From: Tricharina praecox
Taxonomy: Eukaryota
Assembly (NCBI RefSeq): GCF_024521635.1
Contig: NW_026250411.1
Span: 1-64,000, forward strand
Length of the DNA: 64,000 nucleotides
Direction of reading: 5' to 3'
Made by a program: the position numbers and the translations under genes. Under the pieces are notes generated by a model that made no database searches, had not been told where the DNA came from, and worked only from the letters and a program-made list of their open reading frames with translations. Positions 26,262 to 37,264 of this stretch are shown piece by piece. Position 1 is the first letter of the stretch. Every line of letters begins with the position of its first letter.

Positions 26262-27060
26262 ATGCAGTCTATCGTTCTCGCCGCCCTTTACTTCGCCGCC
26301 TCGGCCGCCGCCGCCGCGACTACTACTTTCCCCAGCGCCGCTGGCTCCACCACTTTCTCGGAGCCATACCGTGTCTCGGGCACTTACGATGGTGGCATGA
26401 AGCGTTTCGGACGCGGCCACGACTGCGACTCTGATGAGGACGGTGGTGAGGAGGGTGCCGTCTTCATTCTCGAGGATGGAGCTACCCTGAAGGTTTGTCT
26501 TCCCCCAATCCTCCCATGATTTTCTCTCCATGCTCACATTTCTCTCCCAGAACGCCATCATCGGCTCTGACCAGCTCGAGGGAGTCCACTGCGACGGCAC
26601 CTGCACGATCCAGAACGTCTGGTGGGAGGACGTCTGCGAGGACGCGCTCACCCTCCTGCAGGAGTCGGGCACCTCGTACGTCATCGGCGGTGGTGCGAAG
26701 AGCGCCAGCGACAAGATCATCCAGCACAACGGCAAGGGCACAGTCGTGGTTACCGACTTCTACGCCAACACCTTCGGAAAGGTGTACCGGTCGTGCGGCA
26801 ACTGCAGCGGCAACGGCGGGCCCCGCCACGTCATCATGTCAGGCGTCGTCGTCACCGGAGGAACCGTCTTTGCCGGTGTCAACTCCAACTACGGCGATAC
26901 CGCCACCATCTCCGACAGCTGTGGCGCTGCCCCCGCTAAGATCTGCCAGGTCTACGAGGGCTGCGATAAGGCTGAGGGTGACTGCGAGTCTGAGAAGCAG
27001 TCCACCGGTTTCGATGGCGAGTCGTGCATCGACGGTGGCAACAACAGTGCTTCTTGCTAG
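26262..27060 (+). CDS. Secreted pectate lyase, family PL3 (246 aa), 1 intron
   Basis: join(26262..26492,26551..27060). Signal peptide, AVFILEDGATLKNAIIG, EGVHC, CTIQNVWWEDVCEDA, DKIIQHNG, GKVYRSCGNC. TATAAA near 26059. Confidence 0.95.
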
Positions 27061-27608
27061 AGGATTGGCGAGATGTGGATGGTGGTGGTGAGAAGGGTGG
27101 AGATGATCAGGAGGGATTGACGAGGGCTCTGTAGTGGTGGTTTGCAGTGGAGGGGAGGCTAGGAGCGGATGGTGAAGGATGTAGTAGTAGATATCGCAGT
27201 CGTTCTTTAGTCAATCAGGAATTGCAATACCTATTCCAGTTCAATGTGATATCACCTGCCGTATTATTGACTCCGTACACGACCATCAGTCAGTAGTTAC
27301 AAGCTTACCGAACAATCTGTGCTATCCAGCCTAGATGCCAGCAGATCATCCAGTTAGCTGGTACAGTGCTCACTGGAGCTCAAGGCAGTTAAGTGATCCA
27401 GGACTGCAGGTAATATCATTCATACAACAATTCATGAGGAGTGGTAAAATGACCGATCCTGGCCTGACAGTTTGTACTTTTGCCTTTGCTTCCTGGGTGT
27501 TCCAAGGCCTTCGACGATCCATCTTGTTCTGTAGCCTTTCGGAGACTAGACTCCTCGTAATGCAATCAGTACTGGAGTGTAGGGGGTGGATGGGTGGGTA
27601 CATACTTA

Positions 27609-28580
27609 CTACGCTCGAGCCTCTGCATATTCGCGAGCCCGCGCCCGGTGCTTAGGCCTGGGACAACGGCTTTTAGCGGACTTGGTATTGACGTCGGTCT
27701 CTTTGTCTTTGGTGGTAGGCATCGCAGGTGTGGTAGGGGTTCCCGTGTTGCCTGTGAGTTTCGGGCTCACTTGCTGATTTCCAAGTCCAGACGCTGTGGA
27801 TATCGGAGGCAACTTCTGATGAGGATCCGAAGCGGAAATATAGCTCTTGTAGTAAACCTCCTCGAAGTCCTTCCAGCTGACGCCGTAGACGCCATCCACC
27901 GGAGGAAAAACCCATGTCGAATCACCGACCTGGAAGTGCCACCACCTCTCGAACCAGGCGGGGGGCTCGGAGCGCATGAACTTGAGCACCTTGTCGAGGC
28001 GTATATCGTCTGTTGCTCTGGTGCAGGAGACACAGAGATTCTCGTAAGGGACCTAGTTCGCCGCTTCGACGATGAAACGCATCACTGCATTTTGTTCTCT
28101 GATGATGGGCTTAGCTCTAGATACACCCAGAAGATCATAGTTGAGATTGTCGAGATGAGGATCGTTCTCGATCGGCTGGCAGTGGCACCAACAACGGAGT
28201 TTCTTGAACCGCTCGTGCCACAGCGTTGAGTGCACGCGCCACGAATCTGCATTCGCTTGGCTTTCTTTGCGTAACTCGTACAACTCTTCTTTCTTCTCCT
28301 TTTCCTCGAAGTAATTACGCATCAACTGTGTGAGCTCCTCTGCTTCCTTTAGGCGCTCGGTCAGCGCCTGGATCTGCGCATCGGCAGCATCCACGGAGGA
28401 AACGTGTGAGCGGTGAAGGAAACCGTAGAAGGAAAGAAGAGCGGGAACCGATATTGATGTTACGGTGGATGTATCTTCGTTGCCGGGAAGTCGGTGTTCG
28501 ATCGGGATAGACCTGATGATTTCCGCCTGACTGTTTGGATCCATGGGGTCCGGCCACCGGAAGTTATAGAATTCGTCCAT
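27609..28580 (-). CDS. Hypothetical protein: 323-codon frame interrupted by one in-frame TAG (28053-28055); edited gene or pseudogene
   Basis: ORFs 28053..28580 and 27609..27989 are in the same frame and joined by 21 sense codons (VPYENLCVSCTRATDDIRLDK). Coiled-coil-like N-half, Trp/Cys-rich middle. Confidence 0.6.
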
Positions 28581-28973
28581 GATGGTGCTCGTTGTTGCCG
28601 GCTCTCAGTCGTGAATCTTGCTGGCGGTATCGTGTTATATGGATGAGAGGTCGGAGATACAAATTATGCGTGGCTCGGATGCGGCTCGCCTTCAGACTAC
28701 AAGCCGCACGGGACGCAACCCTTCTTCCGTCTCACACACGACGACTAGGGTGGAAACCCGCCGTGCCTCGGGTACTAGCGTCCCGCTCAAGCTTTCAATC
28801 CCTCCAAATTGCTACCGGTTATCACAATCAGACCAATCGCTAACACAGTACTCACATCACCACACAAACCATCACTCGCCAGCCGCTCTCAACCCCCTCC
28901 CGGTGGTCCTGCTTTCAGCCCCATCCTCCTTCGCACCCGTACCAAACACACACACAGCCACAACAAAAGCAAC

Positions 28974-29794
28974 ATGTCCGAGCCACCCCCGCACCGGAAA
29001 CGTGGCCACGCATTTGACGCAAGCCCGCCTTCGTCTTTCATGCGCACTACGCCCCCTCCCGTTGTGTTTTGTGCCGGCACGGGCCCCGTGACCGGGCTTC
29101 AGACTGTTCCTCCGGCCGGGCGGGATCCGGATGCTGTGCAGGTACGTTGGCAACAGTCTCTCCGGCAGCCGCGTCTGCTGGGTGGCCCAGCTAATGCCTA
29201 CCAGTTGCCTCACCTGCCGGGAATGCCGACGCAGCCGCGATTCCCCCCAGGTCTTCATCCGATGGCAACAGAGCGGTCGCAGCAGGAGGCGCAAAAGGTT
29301 CAGGAGTGGTCGCAGGAGGTGCACGAGTGCAAGCAGGAGATGCATGAGTGGTTGCAGGAGGTGCCATCCTCGATGTATCCTGAGGAGGACCCAGTGCAAC
29401 AAGCCACGCTCCCGGGTGCCTGGCCTCAGAATACCAGCTTCCAGCAGTGGCAACATGATAATCTGCATTTCCAACAAGACCCCCAAGCTGCTGCTCGGCC
29501 AGCCCGTAGTCAAGGACCGGCTTCTCAGCAAGGACCAACTTCTCAGAAACAACCGGCTTTTCAGGAAGAACCGGCTTCTCAGCAAGGACCGACTTCTCAG
29601 CAAGGACCGACTTTTCAGCAAGGACCGGCTTCTCAGCAAGGGTTTGCACCTCCTCAGGCACGTCCCCAAGGTGCCCAACAAAAGCGACCACCGGGATTGG
29701 AGATCAAAAAAGCGCCTCCCGTTGTGTCTGCTTTGGGTTCAACGCCTGTAGCTAGCTTCCTACCTGGCCCTCAAGAAACGGTGAAGCCTCGTTT

Positions 29795-29826
<32 letters not shown>

Positions 29827-31001
29827 CTTCGCAGCAAGAGCGTCCCGAGGGTGACCAATCGCAGGTTCAACCTACCCCCCAGCCGGTTAGCCCTCCATGC
29901 AATATACCTCAGCAAGGACGTCCGCAAGGTGGTCCTAGCCAGCCAGTTCGTCTCCCATCCGTTACACCTCAGCAGGGGCCTGTGCAGGGTGGCCAACCCA
30001 CTCCTCTGCGGGCTCCCCAACAACCGCAAAGTCGTCCGCAAAGTGGCACATCTCCGCAGACTCCTCCGCAGGGGCTCTTTCAAGAAGGACGACAAAGCAA
30101 GCCGCCAGGAGTCCAATCCGGACCGGATTATTCAGTCCAGACTTCTCAGGGCGGTTATCATCGGCTGGCTATGCTGCAGGATTACACTCAGGGACTTCTT
30201 ACCCCGCGGAAGTTGAGATTGAAAAACGGCGTCATCGATATACCTGCGGGCCTACTCACTTGGTTCAGAGTACCCCTCCCCGACTTATCACTGCCGCCAA
30301 ATGCTCTTCACTTCCAGCTCCTGCCGCCAAAGTCGTTCCCCAGCGTGACTGTCCAGCAATTTGATATAATCGAGCTATTCTTCTACAGCGCGATCATGGG
30401 CCCCCTGAACAGCTCCTACACCCTCCGGCACATCGCGATGATGTACTACATCTGCCGGAACAACCCCACCAAGGTTCAGGATTGCATCAAACTCGCGAAG
30501 TCCCTCCTTAGTACTATCCGCTTGGATACCAAAAACATCATGAGCTGGTGCGAGGTGTGGCACAACCTCGACTACATGTTTACCGTGATGAAGGAGGATA
30601 TCGAGCTGGAGATAGTCCTCCACATTGAGGCGAATTGGGAGTACTACAAGACTCTGTGGAATGAATTGCGCGCCGAGAGGATGGAGTGGGTGAAGAGGTA
30701 TGGTTGGTTGAAGGATAGCATCTGCGAGAGGGCTTTCGGTACACAGATTTGGTGGTGGGCCCATAGGTTCGAGAGCAAGACCCTAGAGATGCAGAGGGGA
30801 TACGGTGGCTGCTCAATTTTTTCTGAGCCGCCGCCTGCAACTGGAGAGGATTGTCCGTGCAATGGGAAGGGGTTTGACCATCTCTTTGATGAGGAAGTTG
30901 ATGCGGATGAAACATTCCCGCCAGTTTTGATTGTCATGCGGCCAGAGGCCTACCCTTACATGTTTTCTGGTTGCTTGAAGGAATTGGAGAAATCGAAGTA
31001 G
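28974..31001 (+). CDS. Q/P-rich protein with a divergent BTB/POZ(-BACK)-like C-terminal region (675 aa)
   Basis: Single long ORF from ATG 28974. FPSVTVQQFDIIELFFYS followed by helical segments resembles BTB; the domain call is tentative. Confidence 0.75.
29511..29636 (+). repeat. Coding 18-bp repeat x7 (QGPASQ-like)
   Basis: CAAGGACCGGCTTCTCAG variants; a (CAG)8 polyQ run follows at 29796-29819. Confidence 0.95.
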
Positions 31002-31097
31002 GGAGGATCCTTCGGTGGCTTGGAGAAATTGAAGTATGTAGGGAGGCTTCTTCGGTGGCTTGGAGAAATTGAGGTAGGGAGGATTTCTCGGTGGCTT
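30984..31097 (+). repeat. 36-40-bp tandem repeat x3 spanning the stop codon
   Basis: TTGGAGAAAT.GA.GTAGGGAGG....TCGGTGGC units at 30984, 31020 and 31060. Confidence 0.9.
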
Positions 31098-31272
31098 AAC
31101 TAGGGATACAATACTTTTCTGTTTGTCTTCAATCAGTCGTCTCAGGCTTGTTCATAAGTTCCGTTGCGTGAAACATCCATCATCAAATCGCACAGCTACA
31201 TCTTCTCCGTGATATCAGCCTCACCCGTCACTCGATATGTCTGTGTTAATAGGTACACTTTCCACTCCACTT

Positions 31273-32999
31273 TTAACCGTCGTGTTTTAATTTTACGACC
31301 TCCACTCTTTCGCTTCCTTGTGTCTGGGAGCCACTATCCTTCTCTTCTCCATCTTCTTCACCATTGTCATCCCCATCTTCTTCACCATCGTCATCCCCAT
31401 CCTCTGATTGATCACCCTCTCGACTTTGTCCACCCTTCTCTACAACAGCCTGCTCCCCTTCCGCCTTCTTCTTCGCTTCAGCCTCTACTTCTGCCTGCGC
31501 TTTCGCCTGTGCTTCCGCCATTGCCCTCTGCTTCCCCAGCAGCTCTGCCGTCAAAATATCAATAACGCCTTCAAAATTCTTATCCGCCCACTTCTCGGCA
31601 TCGTAATCCCACCATCCCTCGACGATGCCATCCTCTCCCGGTCCCGCTTCCTCTTTCCTTCCAGGCTCAATCTCCCACTTCAACTCCGCCGCCTCCAGCT
31701 CCCCCTCTGCCGCACTGGCGGTGATTGTATTGAACCGGTCCTGTGCCATCATCATGGCGCGTGCGTACCGTGGGTTACGCATACGCGTGTAGATCTCCAG
31801 TCCCAGCGGCACCGACGCCGCCTTCCGTAGACACACTGCCAGCGTCTGCGCCGCCTCAACATGATAGCTCATCTCCAGATGCGGTGAATGTGGCGGAAAC
31901 GTAAAGCCATTATCGCCAAACATCAGCACCTTCCTACTCTTCCTGCTCACCAGCGTGCTCGGCTTCTGCCTAATCTTCAATCTCGTGCTCGTCGTCTCCC
32001 CTGCCTTCGAAAGCGCGTGAACCAGCCCGCCCTCCCACCCCTCAACCAGCTCCTCGAGCAGTAGCTCCCCCTCGTTCTGCATATCCAGGTCGTACGCATC
32101 GAAGACCACCTCCTCGCCGCCGCCGACGGTCACGGTGGAAACGTACGCCCCCTCACCCACCCAAACGTCCACCCTATCCTTATCGACCAGCTTCCTCGCC
32201 TTCTCATGCTCGCCCAGCTCCGCCGCCAGCACCGACCCGGTAGTGACCGTCCACTTCGTATCGATATCCGGCCACCCCTCCTCACCCGCACTCGCAAGAA
32301 CATGTTTCCGGGCCAGCGACCCATTGCCGTCGCACGCAACGATACAGTCCGCGTAGAACTTCTGGCCGTCGGCCGCCAGCGCATAGGGCCGGCCATGCGG
32401 CAGCGGGCCGTCCAGGTCCTCGGGCGCATCTTTGTACTCGACGATCTCGGTGTTGAGGACTAGCTTTGCGGTCGTGAAGTCGAGGAGGAGGTCGAGGAAG
32501 TCGGTGGCCGTTAGGGCGAGACAGTGCGTGGAGGTGCCACCGCCGCCGAGCGCGGTGCGCGAGAGGGATTTGCCGGATTTATACCGGCGGTAGTGGAGTG
32601 TCTGTGTACGCATCGTCGCCGTCAGCCGGGCCTCCCCCATCACCGTCGGAAGCTCCTAGGTACAGTACATACCTCTGCCGCACACGCCGCCTCCTGCAGG
32701 TACCCAGGCAGCTTCTCGTGCATTCTCTCCAGCACCGTCAGCGCGTTGGGAGCCAGCCAGACCAGCCCTCCGCTTGCTCTGTCGTCGCCCTTGAAGTGCT
32801 GCACGCCCTTCTGGTCAACAATTGTGACGGTAAACCCCTGGGCCCTGCAGAACAGCGCGACGAGCAGCCCGTGGATGCCCGCGCCGACGACGAGAATGTC
32901 CTTTTTTGCAGCCGCGGCGGCTTCGGCCTCTTTTGCGGCCTTCTCGCGCCGCGCTTCGCGTTGTGTAATTGCGACGGCGGTGACGACAGCGACAATCAT
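31273..32999 (-). CDS. FAD-dependent monooxygenase-like protein (551 aa), 1 intron
   Basis: join(32673..32999,31273..32601); intron GTATGT..CTGAC..CAG. Motifs ILVVGAGIHG and ADCIVACDG, a degenerate GD motif, a hydrophobic N-terminus and an acidic tail. Confidence 0.85.
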
Positions 33000-33317
33000 G
33001 GTTTGTGTGTGGGATATTGGGGAGGAGAGGTGGTGAGGGGAAGTGACGTCACGCGGTGGTGAGGTACCTATATGTAGATGAGGGATCTACGCAAGGATGG
33101 GAAGGGTGAGAAGGAATCATCGCATGTGATGAGTCTCATGGATCAGCCGTCTAAAATTTCTGTGGGAACATCACGATATATATTCGAGCGTAGTAATTCT
33201 TCAGAGGTCAAATCGCTATCAAATCCGAAACCACGGCTTGTCTTCTATTTTCCCGCCTACACTGCTTGTATCCATCAAGATTCATGACCATCAAACTTCC
33301 ACATGAATCGAATGTAA

Positions 33318-33434
33318 ACAGATCCACCCCATCAGACAGACCTGGGCAAAGCCAAACAAACTAAACATAAATAGGCCATACAGATCGCCCCCATCAGACA
33401 GACCCAGGCAGAGCCAAACAAACTGAACACAAAC
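33318..33434. repeat. Direct repeat, 2 x about 55 bp (period about 62)
   Basis: ACAGATC..CCCCATCAGACAGACC..GGCA.AGCCAAACAAACT.AACA occurs twice. Confidence 0.9.
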
Positions 33435-33550
33435 CGACGAAACACAATCATGTCCCTAGAAATCAAATGTAACACGATAAAAACCCATTAACACCTCCCA
33501 GTGCGCGAATAATCTCCTAACGCCAGATCGCAAACATCCTACGAGCGCAT

Positions 33551-35641
33551 TCACTCCCATGCTTCCTTCTCCGCTCTTCGCGTGTCCATCTTCGCCTGCT
33601 CGACCTCGGCATCAAACTGATATGTCACCGATATGCGAGGCCGAAGAAACCTAGCCCTGGGCATCGAGTACAGATCCTCGTCGTCGGGGCTATACTCACG
33701 TTTGATACCCGTAATTCCAGTCAGCGGCGAGCTCTCGGGAGACGAGCTCTTGGCCGGGAGCATCATGCGCGCTGACGGCGGCTGGTACTCCTCGTCCTCG
33801 TCGTCAGAGTCGGTGACAACTCGGGGCCGGCCGCGGCGGAAGGTGGCGCTCAGAGCGTTGGACATGGGAGCGGCAACCGCATCAGCAGCAACCATGGGAG
33901 CGTCGGCCATGGGGGCGTCGGCCATGGGAGCGGTGAGCATAGGAGCGGTGAGCATAGGAGCGGTGAGCATAGGAGCGGTGAGCATAGGAGCGGTTGCCAT
34001 GCGAGCGGTGACCGGGCTCACAGGATAGCCAGCGTGTCGGCACAGCGCATCATACAGTCGGCGATCGTACATAAAGGGTTGGAGCAAGATGATCCGGAGA
34101 CGCAGATGCAGGGGATCACTCTTTGCCCGCTGAAAGTACCCCATGAGTGTTTCTGCAGAAATGATGTCGGCGCCTTTGTCCTTCGAAGGGATAATTCCCT
34201 TGTCGAAAAGCATCTGCCGACCCCATTCCTTCGACAGGATTTCTTTACACCAATCGATCCGGTAACGAAGGTCGAACGTGTTCCAGCGTTCCAGGGGAAG
34301 ACAGCCATCATTGTAAGGAAGGTTGCAGGCTTTGTAGTTTCCGAAGTACTTCCATGCGCCTGGGCGGGCAGCGATAAACAGCGGGTGGACATTGCCAGCC
34401 TGCACCTTTTCTCGGAAGAAGGTCAGAGCTCCAGGCTGGCCTGGCTTTTTCGGCAAGAACCGATTAAGATCGGTCGATATGGCAATGTAGAACTGGAGAG
34501 GGGCAATGTTATAAGGGAATGAGATGTTTTTTGCCGGAACGGGAAAAGTGAGTCTTGGACCCCCGCCGAGGACCTTGGATATTTGAGAATCTCTGTTCCA
34601 AGTATGATGTGAGATCGGCTCGTCTGGAAATGTGTCGTTCAGCTGGTTCCGTAGGCTGTTGATACATTCTTCAATGGTGGGACAGGGCGAACTAAGGTCG
34701 CCGACTGACATCGGCGCGGCCGGGGGGATAGCCAAAGAAGTGACTCCATCCGCGCCTTCGCCATTCTCTCTAACTCTATGTGCTCCCGAAGCCGTGTGTG
34801 ATCCGCGTGGCCGGTATGGTCCGCGTGGTCCGCGTGGTCCGCGTGGTCGGTATTGTCGAGATGGTCGAGATGCTTCTTGCGACTCATGTGCTCTGTCCGC
34901 TCCGAATATTCCTTGTGCTCCACTCATGACAGCATCTTCGGGTAGCGGCAGTGGCCGAATCGTCTCATCGTCACCCTGGGGCTCCAGCCGTCTCGGAAAC
35001 AGTGGCAGTGGCGGTTCGGATGGACTGGCAATTGGAGTGAAGCGACCGATGGCGATACTGTTGTCCGTCGATGCACGGATAACCCGAGAATCGGACCCCG
35101 TAGCAGGAGGGCTGATGGTGCTACCAATCGTATTATCAACCGATGAGCGGGACTGGGCAGTTTTGTTCTTCGCTTCGGACCCTCCTTCCACGGCTTTAGC
35201 TTCCGGAATGTACTCCTTGTGCTCCCAACACGCCTCGAGCGCTGCCTTCTGCTCGTATTTATCCTTGATGGCCGTGTACGTATTCTCCACAACCTCTCTG
35301 AACTTCCTCTGCGCCTCTTCGATCTCTTTAGTCTTTGCCTGCGGAAGCGACGGACCAAATGTGGTGTAAGCTCTCGCAATGATATCATCCACTCGCTTTC
35401 CCTCGTCGTTGGTTGACTTTCGTAACTCGGCGATCTCCTTGTCGAATTTGGAAATGCGAGAGAGGAGCCACTGGGGATACGGCGGTGGCGACTGACTAGC
35501 GATAGACTTGGTCTGGGCGGAATCGGTGGTGCGAGGTGCAGATTCTTCGAACTTTACTGGCTGCGAGTCGGGTCGGGCCGACGGTACTTGATGGTCGGCT
35601 CCCAACATGTCGTCGGTTAGGTCGATTGTTATGCGAGACAT
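33551..35641 (-). CDS. DUF6697-like domain protein with coiled coil, AT-hook-like motif and APMLT repeats (696 aa)
   Basis: Long ORF, first ATG 35641. LNRFLPKKPGQPG...WKYFGNY...W...KEWG...LQPFMYDRRLY resembles DUF6697. RRGRPR motif; 15-bp coding repeats at about 33893-34000. Confidence 0.8.
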   Translation of the reverse strand: MSRITIDLTDDMLGADHQVPSARPDSQPVKFEESAPRTTDSAQTKSIASQSPPPYPQWLLSRISKFDKEIAELRKSTNDEGKRVDDIIARAYTTFGPSLPQAKTKEIEEAQRKFREVVENTYTAIKDKYEQKAALEACWEHKEYIPEAKAVEGGSEAKNKTAQSRSSVDNTIGSTISPPATGSDSRVIRASTDNSIAIGRFTPIASPSEPPLPLFPRRLEPQGDDETIRPLPLPEDAVMSGAQGIFGADRAHESQEASRPSRQYRPRGPRGPRGPYRPRGSHTASGAHRVRENGEGADGVTSLAIPPAAPMSVGDLSSPCPTIEECINSLRNQLNDTFPDEPISHHTWNRDSQISKVLGGGPRLTFPVPAKNISFPYNIAPLQFYIAISTDLNRFLPKKPGQPGALTFFREKVQAGNVHPLFIAARPGAWKYFGNYKACNLPYNDGCLPLERWNTFDLRYRIDWCKEILSKEWGRQMLFDKGIIPSKDKGADIISAETLMGYFQRAKSDPLHLRLRIILLQPFMYDRRLYDALCRHAGYPVSPVTARMATAPMLTAPMLTAPMLTAPMLTAPMADAPMADAPMVAADAVAAPMSNALSATFRRGRPRVVTDSDDEDEEYQPPSARMMLPAKSSSPESSPLTGITGIKREYSPDDEDLYSMPRARFLRPRISVTYQFDAEVEQAKMDTRRAEKEAWE

Positions 35642-35990
35642 GACGTGTGTGACAATCAAGGGTATTCAGGCTCGTTGGTGTTCAGCTCTAGAGATATTAA
35701 AGTTAGAGTATGACAAACGGAATTGCGGCGGACTATGGGAATGGATAGGTGAAGGGTGAATCTTTCATCGGGCATGTTGTGGGAGGGGATCAAACAACCA
35801 CCCGATCGGTCTTCATACCTGAGAAGCTCTTGAGTAGTCAAAGGACACACTGTAGCTGTGCATTGGTGGGGGAGTGTTGTGAACGTCAGCGAGAGATGAT
35901 TCCGGAGGTATGTTGGTGTCGTGAGATCAATGGTTGAGCAGCGATACTTTGAGTAGAAGCTGTGAGGTTACACTCACTCGGTTGAGGGGC

Positions 35991-36037
35991 CCTTAACTCT
36001 AGCGTTCCTTAACTCTAGCGTTCCTTAACTCTAGCGT
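35991..36037. repeat. 16-bp tandem repeat x3
   Basis: CCTTAACTCTAGCGTT. Confidence 0.95.
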
Positions 36038-36749
36038 GGGCGGTAGCGTCAACTGAAACAGTTCAAGTGTCGTCTGCCGCCTTGGAACCTTGAAAATGGA
36101 TGCGATAAGATAGAAAGGCGTGTAGGGGGCAGGATCGAAGGAGATTTGAAGAGGAATGGCGCCAGAGGCGATTAGGACAGACTGGGATACTGTAGGCAGA
36201 GCAGCCAGCGGTAGATAGATCACAAACATCATCGTTCTCTCTATCTTTCTTGAGTGTCCACTATGGGCGCACATCAAGCAGACCCAGTCTACTACTAGTA
36301 GTCGAATAACAGATTCAATATCCAGTGTGATGTTTGACTTTCCCTCGCGACTTCAAGGTTGGATTCCCTGCTTTGTGAATGCTGTTTCGACTCAAGTACT
36401 CACGTACTGACGCGTTTACCATACGGCCACGCAAATGACACACGGCAGCCGCCACTCTCATCATCAAGCTTTGGGTAATAAGAGAGAATGAAGGATTAGC
36501 CGCTTTCCACCCCCTTAGAGGAATCTTGCCGGCCGACCCGCGCTCGGTAGATGCCGCGGGGTGTGGGCCATGAGAGACTTGAGAAGGCAATGGCAGTGCT
36601 AGGTATTAGCTCAATAGAAGCTCCAGGCAACCGAGACAACACCTTCAAAGGTAACGACCATTGTGCCCCTCTTTCTATCTAGAGAGACAGAGAATATCGA
36701 TTTATCGTCGTATACGGCCTTCTCCCATGCGCCATTTCGATCTTTCGCG

Positions 36750-36847
36750 GATTCCGCCCGCGGTCTGCCGACCAGTGTCGCAAGTGATCCCCAGTGATTT
36801 CGCCCGCGGTCTACCGACCAGTGTCGCAAGTGATCCCCAGTGATTTC
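36750..36847. repeat. 46-bp tandem duplication
   Basis: GATT.CGCCCGCGGTCT.CCGACCAGTGTCGCAAGTGATCCCCAGT x2. Confidence 0.95.
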
Positions 36848-36850
36848 TCC

Positions 36851-37264
36851 CAGACCCTGCAACAGTCAGGTACCTAGTTTAACTGGGTGGAGCAAACAGA
36901 CTGGTTCAGTTGGCGGGTAGATTGTAGGCAGTTCAGTTAGTACGGTTTTGCTTGTGATTTTCAATCTAGGTATGGTGGTTTAACTGTTAGATAAACTGAC
37001 TGGCGGTTGGAAAGAGGACGTTTCAGTATCCTATCCGCCAGGTGACATGTCCTTCAACTCCACACTTCCGTCTGCCGGTATATCCAATCAATTCTCTCGG
37101 ATCATAATCACCTACTCGGACGAGAATTCCAACCGATCAATTAAAGTGCTGTAAAACGTGAGTATAATCGTCTGAAATAGCTGAATCCATGTTTTCTAAG
37201 TGCAGAAGCGAACCAGCTGAACCAATTGAACCAATTGACCCGGTTCTAACGGTTGGAGGGTCTG
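36851..37264. mobile_element. Degenerate hAT-like MITE, 414 bp
   Basis: TIRs CAGACCCTGCAACAGTCAG versus (rc) CAGACCCTCCAACCGTTAG (16/19). Subterminal AACTG/AACCA repeats. The flanking 8-mers ATTTCTCC/ATTGCGTC match only 5/8. Confidence 0.55.
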
